From NCBI GenBank assembly GCA_002773945.1, contig PEZT01000010.1:4028-68027 (forward strand): a stretch of 64,000 nucleotides of DNA, written 5' to 3'. This DNA is from Candidatus Beckwithbacteria bacterium CG10_big_fil_rev_8_21_14_0_10_34_10 (GTDB lineage: Bacteria; Patescibacteriota; Microgenomatia; UBA1400). A program made the position numbers and the translations under genes. Below, piece by piece: positions 46,903 through 55,908 of the stretch; within the stretch, counting starts at the first letter, position 1, and each line of letters starts with the position of its first letter. A model generated the notes under the pieces. It saw only the letters and a list, made by a program, of their open reading frames with translations, made no database searches and was not told where the DNA came from.

Positions 46903-48404
46903 AAACCAGTTGATAAAAGAATATTATTTCCTGTGTTTTCGTCATAGCCATAAATAGGAGGACAGTTAAGGTGATTCCACTTGCAAGAACCGGCAGAGGC
47001 CGCATAAATAGCGTGAAGACGGCAAACAAAACCACCTTCATCTTCTCCGGTATTATAAAGAACTTCACCATTTTGAGCCCAACTTACATACTTTTCTAAC
47101 GATTTAGCTGGCTGACCTGGTATTTTATTAAAACAAGCGTCGGCCGCATGATTACTTGGAAGATATAAAGCCGCTAGATTATATCGATAAACTTTAAAAT
47201 GATGAAAAACAACTAATAGCAAGGCAAACATAATCAAAATTCTGAGGAAAAAAAAGCTTAAAAGACTTTTTTTTCTTATCTTAGAAAAAGAGGGAATAAC
47301 ATAATTCCAAGCTAAAATATAAAGAGTGTAAAATGAAGCTAGAACCCCGGCAGAGCGCCTGATTCCCGGTAAATCACCAGAAAAATTTCCCACCAGTAAA
47401 CTAGTTAAACCTAGAAGCAAACTTAATAAAATAGGTAGCCTTGTTTTCTTAATCTTAATAAACATCCAAACGCTTAAAAATAAAACTAATAAAACTGTTA
47501 ATAACAATATTTTGTGGGAAAACTCTACCCGGGAAATATCAGATTCAAAATAAAAACTACCAGGATAAAGAAATAAATCTTTGCCTACCTGCTTGGTTCC
47601 GGAAATAATATTATTTAGTAAATCAGATATATTTTTTGGCATCTGCCCACCCCCACCACCTCTAAAAATACCCGACCTAGCTTGATGATCATAAATAAGT
47701 TTCTGGGGATTCTTAAGATAATTTAAAACAATCAACATCGGTAAAACAAAGCTAAACAAAAGAATAATTCCATTTCTTAAAATTATTTTAAAATTAAGAT
47801 CCTTTATATTTTTCCATAAAAGAAAAATATAAATAATGAGTAAAATAGGAATGTACGCTAAAAAAGTTGGGTAAGACATAGCCGCCAACATAATTAAAAA
47901 ACCAAGGCTAAATTGCTTTATCCCCGCCATTAATGGCCGGGAAAAATCTAAACTTAACAATAAATAAAGACAAATTGGAAAATATTGCAAATCAATCCCA
48001 AAGCTTGTCTGGAGGGTGTTGAAATACAAAAGAGTCGGCGATAAACCAATCGCCAGTAAAGGCAACCAGCTTATTCTTCTTTTAAAATACTTATTAAAAA
48101 TAGCCCCGAGACTTAAAAGAGAAAAAAAATGAACTGCCAGGCGAAAATACTTGGCTGTAAATAAAGTAAATCCAAATAAATTGTAAACCACTAAAAGAGT
48201 TCCATACCAACCAACATTGCTGGAAATACCATCATAGATAGTTCTATTCTGAAGCCAGAAGACATTCCGAACAGATTCAGCTAATTCTTCTAAGCGGATT
48301 TTATTAGTAGAATTAAGGGTATAAACAAGCTGAAATAACCAAATAAAAACTACTAACAATAAATCCCAAAGTCTAGATAATTTATTTAATTTTTTAATTT
48401 TCAT
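46875..48404 (-). CDS. polytopic membrane protein with cysteine-rich C-terminal extracytoplasmic tail
   Basis: The C-terminus ADACFNKIPG...GFVCRLHAIYAASAGSCKWNHLNCPPIYGYDE has 5 Cys in about 60 aa. Confidence 0.5.
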   Translation of the reverse strand: MKIKKLNKLSRLWDLLLVVFIWLFQLVYTLNSTNKIRLEELAESVRNVFWLQNRTIYDGISSNVGWYGTLLVVYNLFGFTLFTAKYFRLAVHFFSLLSLGAIFNKYFKRRISWLPLLAIGLSPTLLYFNTLQTSFGIDLQYFPICLYLLLSLDFSRPLMAGIKQFSLGFLIMLAAMSYPTFLAYIPILLIIYIFLLWKNIKDLNFKIILRNGIILLFSFVLPMLIVLNYLKNPQKLIYDHQARSGIFRGGGGGQMPKNISDLLNNIISGTKQVGKDLFLYPGSFYFESDISRVEFSHKILLLTVLLVLFLSVWMFIKIKKTRLPILLSLLLGLTSLLVGNFSGDLPGIRRSAGVLASFYTLYILAWNYVIPSFSKIRKKSLLSFFFLRILIMFALLLVVFHHFKVYRYNLAALYLPSNHAADACFNKIPGQPAKSLEKYVSWAQNGEVLYNTGEDEGGFVCRLHAIYAASAGSCKWNHLNCPPIYGYDENTGNNILLSTGLWESYYFGH

Positions 48405-50013
48405 AAAGATAGTTATCTTTATAGGAATTAGGCCGACGTTCTTCTAAAACTATTCCCCCAAATTGGTACTGTTCTTTTACAAAACTAAATTCATTTTGCC
48501 TATTAACAAAGTCTGTATAAACAATATTTTTTAATAAATCTGGCTCATAAATTGTAAAATGATTTGGGGTTATTTGAGCAGCCATTTTCAAAAGTTTGCC
48601 TCCAAAAAATCCCTCTTGCTCGGGCCCAAAAAACTGAGGAACATATCCATGTCTACTTTCTCCATACCACTTAAAAAGATAAGCCCAGGTAGTATTATAA
48701 CTATATGGATTGGTAAAACTAGAAAAAGTAAAAGGCCCATAATCAGCCAACTCATACATTTTATCAATTACAGCTAACTCATCACTAAAAGTCGCTCCCT
48801 GTTGGACACCATATAAATAGTAATTATCTTTTTTGTAGATCTGCATTTGTCTAAAATGTAATAATACAAATAAAACTGCTAAAAAGATTCCTAATATTCT
48901 CCATCTTTTTTGTTTTATAAGCTTGCCAATTATGTAAGAAAAAGGTAATAAAATCACTATTTCCATTCCAATTAGTAAATGAACAGAACCATGAGGTTTA
49001 ATAAGTAAAAACATCCCGATAGCACTAAACCAAATCAATAAAAAATACTTTAGTTTTTGGTTTAATTGGCGCCAAAAATATACCAAAGATGTAATAAAAA
49101 TTAATAAGGAAATTGTTGTTTGTTTTTTCCAAAAAAGACGAGTGACTTTCTCAATGTACAAATTAATTACTTGTTTAAATAAATGGAAATTGTTCTGACT
49201 ATGTTCCATCAATAATTTACTGTCTTTGAAATTAAAAATTCCCAAACGCCACAATTTCCATTGGGTTAAAATCATCGAAAAAACTAAAATTAAATATAAA
49301 ACTCCTGCCATAAAAAATTGATTGGCAGAAAATAGAAATAATTTTTTTTTCTTCAAGGCCAGATAAAAATAAGATAAGCCCAAAGGAATAAACAAGTACA
49401 ATGTCCAAACCGCCGCTTGGTTAGATAAAGCAAGACTTACAATTAAAAAAAATAAGTACTGTTTTTTCTCTTGAAAAAACACATACCATAAAAATAAGTA
49501 AAAACAGGGAATTGTAATAAGGGTAATAATTGGGTTTGACAACCATACCCCCAAAGAAAGATTTTCAATGTTAAAACTAATAAAAATTGTGCTTAATAAG
49601 GCTATTCTTTTATCTTTCATCAAAGACTTAACCAGAAAATAAATGGGAAAAACAAATGCAAAAGAAACAATACTGCTCAAAACCAAAGTCACCAAAAAAG
49701 GATTACCTTGTAATAACCAATAAAAAGACGCTAATAAATAATAGTACATCACTCCATGATAAATTTGGTCGTTCGTACCGCTTGCCGATGGCCCCTGTAG
49801 TTTAAGATCACCATGTAATAACTCTTGAACAATAACTGCATCACGAGCCTGATCAAACCAAAAATAATTTTTATTAGGGATAAGAAAGCAGGCTTTAATC
49901 AAAGCTGAAATCAAAGCAATTAGAAACAAAAATTTAATTTCCTTGAATGGGGGTAACATTTTCTTTACTTTATAAATCATCTTAAAAATAGGAAAACCCT
50001 TATTCATCTTCAA
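48394..50013 (-). CDS. polytopic membrane protein, paralog of 23271-24824
   Basis: Shared FDQARDAVIVQELLHG loop motif and similar C-terminal domain (TIYEPDLLKN, compared with VIYEPDSFKE). Confidence 0.55.
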   Translation of the reverse strand: MKMNKGFPIFKMIYKVKKMLPPFKEIKFLFLIALISALIKACFLIPNKNYFWFDQARDAVIVQELLHGDLKLQGPSASGTNDQIYHGVMYYYLLASFYWLLQGNPFLVTLVLSSIVSFAFVFPIYFLVKSLMKDKRIALLSTIFISFNIENLSLGVWLSNPIITLITIPCFYLFLWYVFFQEKKQYLFFLIVSLALSNQAAVWTLYLFIPLGLSYFYLALKKKKLFLFSANQFFMAGVLYLILVFSMILTQWKLWRLGIFNFKDSKLLMEHSQNNFHLFKQVINLYIEKVTRLFWKKQTTISLLIFITSLVYFWRQLNQKLKYFLLIWFSAIGMFLLIKPHGSVHLLIGMEIVILLPFSYIIGKLIKQKRWRILGIFLAVLFVLLHFRQMQIYKKDNYYLYGVQQGATFSDELAVIDKMYELADYGPFTFSSFTNPYSYNTTWAYLFKWYGESRHGYVPQFFGPEQEGFFGGKLLKMAAQITPNHFTIYEPDLLKNIVYTDFVNRQNEFSFVKEQYQFGGIVLEERRPNSYKDNYLYEN

Positions 50014-50956
50014 TCACTTTCAACCCAATATCATTAATGTCATAAAGGTAGGTTTGCCTTTTTAACTTAGAATAAGCAACTAATTTTTTATTTCCCAGGG
50101 AATCAACAAATATACCCTTAATCTCAATTAAATTATCTGGTGTTGGTTTTAAATAAATGTAGTGCCAAAGATAAGAAGAAAAATCAATAATGTAAGCCAT
50201 ATCTTTTGTTTTAATTTCGTAGATTATTTTCTCTGTTTTTTCATCAAAAAAATTTAAACTGACAACCATAATATTTTTCTCATTAGTTTCATCAACTATA
50301 GAGATACTATTTTTTGTTCCCTTAGCTAAATCAAAAACCACAAAATGACAATTAGGATCACATTCCGGATAAACAATTTTCTCACTGATTGGTTCTATTG
50401 ATGTAGTTAATTTATCTCCTTTAAAGTTAATCTTTTCTACTAAGGGCTTAATTTTTTCACTTAAATCGTTTTCTTCAATCATAATAAGGTTAAATATACC
50501 AATATTCCAAAAATCCTCTTCGTCCAGGTAAGCTAAATAAAGCCTATTATTATCTTTGTCCCACTGAATAATATTTAATTTCTTTAAAGAGTTAAAAACT
50601 ATCTCCTTAGTCTTATTTTCTCCGCCCTGGGAAATACTTAAAATAAAGTCATTATTATCTTCTCTTATTAAAGCTGCCTTGTCTTTATTGGGAGAAAGAA
50701 AAACAAGAGAAGTAAAAATGTTTTTGTTTTTTAGTTCTTCCCAGGAATTAACCTCCAACTCCCGGTTACCCTTTAATAATCCTTTTAAAAATTGAGGCTG
50801 AAGAAATTTTTTTGGGTTTAAAAAGCGATAATTTTTATCGACAAAAAGTTGGTAAAAGACTATAATTAAAACAGCTAAGGTAGTCAAAAAAAACAAAATG
50901 AGATTAAGTAAACTAGGTGAAATTTTTTTAATTTGGTTAATTATCTTCTTTGGCAT
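50000..50956 (-). CDS. membrane-anchored protein with extracytoplasmic soluble domain (function unknown)
   Basis: A single N-terminal transmembrane helix (LLNLILFFLTTLAVLIIVFYQLF) followed by about 280 hydrophilic residues. Confidence 0.5.
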   Translation of the reverse strand: MPKKIINQIKKISPSLLNLILFFLTTLAVLIIVFYQLFVDKNYRFLNPKKFLQPQFLKGLLKGNRELEVNSWEELKNKNIFTSLVFLSPNKDKAALIREDNNDFILSISQGGENKTKEIVFNSLKKLNIIQWDKDNNRLYLAYLDEEDFWNIGIFNLIMIEENDLSEKIKPLVEKINFKGDKLTTSIEPISEKIVYPECDPNCHFVVFDLAKGTKNSISIVDETNEKNIMVVSLNFFDEKTEKIIYEIKTKDMAYIIDFSSYLWHYIYLKPTPDNLIEIKGIFVDSLGNKKLVAYSKLKRQTYLYDINDIGLKVIEDE

Positions 50957-52292
50957 GATCCTCCGAACTTATAAGGCTGACTTTTATCCAATTCATAATA
51001 ATGACGATAGTTTATTTCATGTCTGGGCTGGTACCAGTTCTTTTAAAAATATTATAAAACCCGCTAGTCTTTCTATTTTTACTCAAAATAATAAGTCTCT
51101 TTTCTGGTACTCTCAATATAATCATTTTGACACTATCAGACGTTTTAGTTTCCGTCTAACTCAGCCCTATTTTGACCAGCCGCCATTAGCAATGTTCTTT
51201 ATAGCTCTCCCTGCCAAAATTTTAGGATTCAATGACTTTGTCCAGGTTCCTCATCTTCTAGTCCGCCTCCCTGCTCTTTTAATGTCTATTTTTAGTCTTT
51301 ATCTTACCTATATTTTAGCAAAAAAAACCTTCAATCAGAAGACTGCCTTTTTTTCCCTCTTGGTTTATACCTTAACACCCATCTTTGTTTTTAGTCATAG
51401 ACTAGCTTACCTAGAAAACTTCTTAACCCCAATATTTTTATTTAGCTTAATTAAGCTAAAAGATTATCTTAAAAAGCCTTCAAAATTTAATTTATCAGTA
51501 TTGATTTTTTTGGGGTTTATAAGCGGCTTTGTAAAAATTATTGGTTTTGGTTTACCCTTTATCCTCGCTTTTTGGCTTTTTAAAAACAAAAAAACAAAAC
51601 AAACTTTTTATCTTGTCTTAACCGGCTTTCTTTCTTTTTTAAGCTATCTTTTATATGGATTTTTAGTAAACTGGCAGCAATTTAAATTTACTCTCCAAGC
51701 TCAATCTGGCCGAGGGATGTATCTAACTTCATTTTTTCACATCTTAAACCGAGTTGAATTTTATGAGCCTTTTAACGATGGCATTTATATTCTAGGTTTT
51801 ATTATGGCTTTATTCCTTTTAATTAAAAGTTTAAAAAATAAAAAACTGGAGTTTTTTTCTCTTAATTTTCTTTTCTGGTTAGTTTTAATTATTATTACTT
51901 CAGGAGTTAATAATAATTCATACTGGTACCGCTACCCTCTTTTCCCCTTCTTAAGCATGGCTTTAGGTTATTATCTTAATCTTATCTTAAAAAAGCCGAC
52001 TATTATTTCTGTTTTTCCCCTTCTCCTTCTTGGTTTTACCAGCCCTGATCTTTTAGAACTCAATCCCAATACTTTATTTTTAAGAATAAGCTATTTGCTT
52101 TTTTTAAGCCCGTTTTTAGTCAAATATCTTTTTCCTCATTCTAAAAAAATAAAATGGCTCTGCCATAGACTAACCATCGCTTTGATAATTCTGATGTTTT
52201 TAATCAATGCCCTTGTTCCCCTAAAATATCTTTCTAAAAAATGCCAGAAAGATGACTGTTTAATTCCGACAAAAATTATTGTCTCTCCTTAA
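50898..52292 (+). CDS. polytopic membrane protein, GT-C-like candidate
   Basis: TM1 then the loop YPIHNNDDSLFHVWAGTSS, then about 11 helices. Its start region overlaps the divergent gene 50000-50956 by up to 59 nt. Confidence 0.55.
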   Translation: MRLSKLGEIFLIWLIIFFGMILRTYKADFYPIHNNDDSLFHVWAGTSSFKNIIKPASLSIFTQNNKSLFWYSQYNHFDTIRRFSFRLTQPYFDQPPLAMFFIALPAKILGFNDFVQVPHLLVRLPALLMSIFSLYLTYILAKKTFNQKTAFFSLLVYTLTPIFVFSHRLAYLENFLTPIFLFSLIKLKDYLKKPSKFNLSVLIFLGFISGFVKIIGFGLPFILAFWLFKNKKTKQTFYLVLTGFLSFLSYLLYGFLVNWQQFKFTLQAQSGRGMYLTSFFHILNRVEFYEPFNDGIYILGFIMALFLLIKSLKNKKLEFFSLNFLFWLVLIIITSGVNNNSYWYRYPLFPFLSMALGYYLNLILKKPTIISVFPLLLLGFTSPDLLELNPNTLFLRISYLLFLSPFLVKYLFPHSKKIKWLCHRLTIALIILMFLINALVPLKYLSKKCQKDDCLIPTKIIVSP

Positions 52293-53365
52293 AGAAGTTT
52301 ATTTAAAGCAGAAAACATCCTTTGTTTGGTAAAAAATCTTCCTCTTTTAATTGAGTCTTTCCTTAAATCAGCCATTAATGAATCATTTTTAATTACTTTA
52401 TTTGTTTTTTTATTAAGTTCTTCTAAAGACTCCCAAAGAAATTGCTCTTTTCTAACAATTTCTGAAACTCCCCCGCCTTTGAAAACTAAAGGAACTGCTC
52501 CGCTAACCATTGCTTCAACAACACTAATCCCAAAATGTTCGGCTCTTTCCGGATGAACCTCAAGGTTATTACTAAAGCCAGCTGCATGCCAGTATATTTT
52601 CGCTTTTTTATAATAATCAAAAAGAGTCTTAAAACTTACATTTGGAACAATCTTAACTGGATAACCTTTAGTTAACTGCTTTAACTTCTTAAAATATTGA
52701 TTCTCTTCCATTAAGCCGCCCAGTAAAACTAAAGACCAATCTTTTAAACCATCATCAACCAGTTTTTTGAATGCTTTAACTAAAACATCTTGTTTTTTGG
52801 CATTTAAAATCTGGTCAAAGCGGCCGACAGATAAAATAATATTTTCTTTATCCTTTATTTTATTTAACTCAAAAAAATTGCTAGAAACAGTTGGATAAAT
52901 CACTTGACTGCAAACCTTAAATTCTTCATCTATAAATTTTTTGACAAAATTAGAATAACTAATAACCTGATTTATTTTCTTTAACTTTCCTTGATTAAAA
53001 ATTGATCGGCCCTGAATATTAATAAAAGGAGATTGAAAAAGAAGCCAATTATTTTTAGCAAACAAAAGGGGAATGCTCCCATCAGATACAAAAAAAATTA
53101 ACTGATAATCTTTAGTTAATAAATATTTTTGCACTAAATTGCCTTTTTTCTTTAAAACAGAAAAGGCTTTTTTATTAACTTTTATTCTATCTTCAAAATC
53201 TAAACTAAATCTTAAATAAATCTTTTCTAAAATTGATTTTTCCGGCCAGGCAATCTCAACTGAAAATTTTTGCTGGAAAAGAAATTCTCCTACCAGTAAA
53301 CTATAGAATTCCCCTCCTCCTAGGGTATCTAAATAGGGATTAAAAATCAGGGCTTTTTTTATCAT
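52289..53365 (-). CDS. GT4-like glycosyltransferase
   Basis: C-terminal motif EHFGISVVEAMVSGAVPLVFKGGGVSEIV. Confidence 0.65.
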   Translation of the reverse strand: MIKKALIFNPYLDTLGGGEFYSLLVGEFLFQQKFSVEIAWPEKSILEKIYLRFSLDFEDRIKVNKKAFSVLKKKGNLVQKYLLTKDYQLIFFVSDGSIPLLFAKNNWLLFQSPFINIQGRSIFNQGKLKKINQVISYSNFVKKFIDEEFKVCSQVIYPTVSSNFFELNKIKDKENIILSVGRFDQILNAKKQDVLVKAFKKLVDDGLKDWSLVLLGGLMEENQYFKKLKQLTKGYPVKIVPNVSFKTLFDYYKKAKIYWHAAGFSNNLEVHPERAEHFGISVVEAMVSGAVPLVFKGGGVSEIVRKEQFLWESLEELNKKTNKVIKNDSLMADLRKDSIKRGRFFTKQRMFSALNKLL

Positions 53366-53423
53366 TGTTTTCCTTCTTTTTACTATTATATAATAAATTC
53401 ATTGTAAATAATCTAATCTTTTT
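53366..53423. promoter_or_regulatory. divergent intergenic region between the minus-strand GT4 gene and the plus-strand membrane-protein pair; candidate bidirectional promoter
   Basis: 58-nt AT-rich spacer containing TATAAT at 53389-53394 and a second TAAATA-like element at 53405-53410 upstream of ATG 53424. Such hexamers are common by chance in this AT-rich DNA. Confidence 0.25.
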
Positions 53424-54617
53424 ATGATTGCTTTAATAATCCTAGTTTCGCTTTTTATTGCCAGCCGGGTCATTATTTTTGTTTTTCCCCCTCATTTTTC
53501 TGATGTCATGTATAGTTATTATCATTATGCTAGGATCTGGACTGAAGGCTATCCTGCTTATTTAGTCCATTTGTTTGAATACCCACCGGCCAATATAATT
53601 TTGTTTTATCTTCCTTGGATATTGGATCGGGCTTCTATCCTCGGTTACCCTGATTTTTACCGTTTTTTTGTCTTTTTAGCTGATGTAATTATCTTTATTG
53701 TCTCTTTTAAAGTCTTAAAAAAACTAAAACTTAAAAAGGGGATTATTTTTATTGCTCTTCTCTACTACATTTTAGCTTTAACCAAAGCCAAAGATTTTGT
53801 TTATGACAGCATGGACCTTGTTTTTATCAGCGGTTTTTTCTTATCCCTGGCTTTATTAAAATTAAAAAAACAAACTCCTAAAATCCGCTTTTTTTCCTGG
53901 TTTTTTTTCTGGCTTTCAACTGCTTTTAAATATATTACGGCGCCTTTATTTATCCCTTATCTTTTATTAATGAGAAAGGGCAGAGATCTTAAAAAAGAAA
54001 TCCTTATAAGTTTTATGGCCTTTGTGGCTGTTTGGGGTCTGCCTTTAATTATTTTCCGCTCCTCTTTATCAGTTACCTTTGTTTACCATCTTAAAAGAGG
54101 TTTTCAAGTAGAATCAATGCCCGCTAATGTTATCCGGCTGGTTAACCGCTGGACTCAATCAGACAGTTTTGTTGAAGTATATAAAAACTACGATATTATA
54201 GGTCCTGTAACCGCTAAACTTCAACCTTACTTATCTATTATATTCCCTTTAACTATGCTCGCCTTCTTTATTTATAGTTTAAAAAAATCCCTTGATTTAT
54301 CAAAGCCAACAGGAAAAAGCTTTGACGAGTATAAAGAAAAGTTAAAATTAGGCTTAATCTATCTTTTCCTTTTTATGGCCACTGGTAAAGTTTTTTCTAC
54401 TCCTTTCCATCTCTGGCTACCACCACTATTAACCATTTATCCTTTTAAATCAGTTAAACAACAGTTAAAAGTCCTTTTTGTCTCCTTTTTTATGATTGCC
54501 ATTTCTATGACCCCTATTCCTAACCTGACTTATCAGGGTTTTGAACTTCACAATGCCATTGGTCTTATGCGGCCTATTTGTCTTTTATATATGCTTATTA
54601 AGATAAAAAAAACTTGA
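53424..54617 (+). CDS. polytopic membrane protein, tandem paralog a
   Basis: Shares LFEYPPANI and FRSSLSVTFVYHLKRG motifs with the following gene. Confidence 0.55.
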   Translation: MIALIILVSLFIASRVIIFVFPPHFSDVMYSYYHYARIWTEGYPAYLVHLFEYPPANIILFYLPWILDRASILGYPDFYRFFVFLADVIIFIVSFKVLKKLKLKKGIIFIALLYYILALTKAKDFVYDSMDLVFISGFFLSLALLKLKKQTPKIRFFSWFFFWLSTAFKYITAPLFIPYLLLMRKGRDLKKEILISFMAFVAVWGLPLIIFRSSLSVTFVYHLKRGFQVESMPANVIRLVNRWTQSDSFVEVYKNYDIIGPVTAKLQPYLSIIFPLTMLAFFIYSLKKSLDLSKPTGKSFDEYKEKLKLGLIYLFLFMATGKVFSTPFHLWLPPLLTIYPFKSVKQQLKVLFVSFFMIAISMTPIPNLTYQGFELHNAIGLMRPICLLYMLIKIKKT

Positions 54618-54624
54618 TGAAAAG

Positions 54625-55908
54625 ATGAAAAAAATTATTAACTGGAAATCAATCATTATCTGGGTAAAGAAAAACAAGTTTATTCTTCTAAGTTTGATAT
54701 TATTCCTTTTAGTAAGAACTTTTATTCTTTTAAATCCTCCAGCTGATTATCTTGGAGTTCCCCGGGAAGGTTATTCTGATGTCACTCATTTTTATGAAGG
54801 CTACGCTAATATGTGGTGGTATGGCCTGACACCTTATTTAGAACATCTTTTTGAATATCCCCCGGCGGCCATTCCTTTAATTGCTCTTCCTTTAGCGGTT
54901 GATCTAGCTGGAGTAGGTTTTTATTATCTTAATTATAGAGTCCAAATTTTCTTAATAGAACTAGTCATCTATTTTTTTATCTTAAAGACTCTTAAAAAGA
55001 CTTTTTCCAACCCGTTTCAAAGATATGCTTCAATCATTTTCTATAACCTGGCCCCCATTATTGCCAATGGCTTCTGGTATGACGGCATAGATCTTGCTTT
55101 TAGCGGCAGTCTAATTCTGGCTTTAATCTCTTATCTCTTCTTAAACAAACAAAAATTTATTCACAAAGTTGTCTTTTGGTCTTTATTCTGGCTTTCAGTA
55201 GCCATAAAGTTTGTTACTTTTCCCCTTTTCTTCCTTTTTTTTATCATTAAGAATAAAAACTTTAAAAAATCATTTAAAGAAGAATTTATTGCCTTAGTGA
55301 CTGGCTTTTTAATTATCTGGGCTGTGCCTTTAGCTGTTTTCCGCTCCTCTTTATCAGTGGCTCTGTTTTTCCATGCTAAAAGACCGCTACATGCTTCTTC
55401 CTTTCCTGCTTTTATTATTTATACTATTAATCACTTTACTAATAGTGAAGTTTTTAGAAACTTAGAATGGTTTGGCCCTTTAACCCAAAAAGCTCTTTTT
55501 TTATCATTTATTTTCTTAGGAGTAACTACTGTTCTAGTTTCTTTTTGGGCCATAATGAAAAAAATAAAAGACAAACAGATTAACCCCTACACTCTTATGT
55601 TAAAAACCAGCCTTATCTACCTTTTGGCTTTTATGATGACGAGTAAGATTATTTCTCCCCCTTTTCATATTTGGACTACTCTTCTTTTAACAGTTTTTCC
55701 TTATAAAAATAGAAAAACCCAGTTCGCTTTTTTATTACTGGGTCTCTGGACCTTAATCCTTAATACAACTAATATTGTCAAACTGCCGGAAACAATAATG
55801 ATCTACCCTTTTACCTGGCAATATTTAAGACACATCCTCCGCTTCCCACCCCTTATCCTAATCGCCTTTTTAATGATGAAAAAACAAGAGAAGTTTATTA
55901 AGTCGTAA
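54625..55908 (+). CDS. polytopic membrane protein, tandem paralog b
   Basis: LFEYPPAAI and FRSSLSVALFFHAKRP motifs. Its 3-prime end overlaps the convergent minus-strand gene by 11 nt. Confidence 0.55.
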   Translation: MKKIINWKSIIIWVKKNKFILLSLILFLLVRTFILLNPPADYLGVPREGYSDVTHFYEGYANMWWYGLTPYLEHLFEYPPAAIPLIALPLAVDLAGVGFYYLNYRVQIFLIELVIYFFILKTLKKTFSNPFQRYASIIFYNLAPIIANGFWYDGIDLAFSGSLILALISYLFLNKQKFIHKVVFWSLFWLSVAIKFVTFPLFFLFFIIKNKNFKKSFKEEFIALVTGFLIIWAVPLAVFRSSLSVALFFHAKRPLHASSFPAFIIYTINHFTNSEVFRNLEWFGPLTQKALFLSFIFLGVTTVLVSFWAIMKKIKDKQINPYTLMLKTSLIYLLAFMMTSKIISPPFHIWTTLLLTVFPYKNRKTQFAFLLLGLWTLILNTTNIVKLPETIMIYPFTWQYLRHILRFPPLILIAFLMMKKQEKFIKS

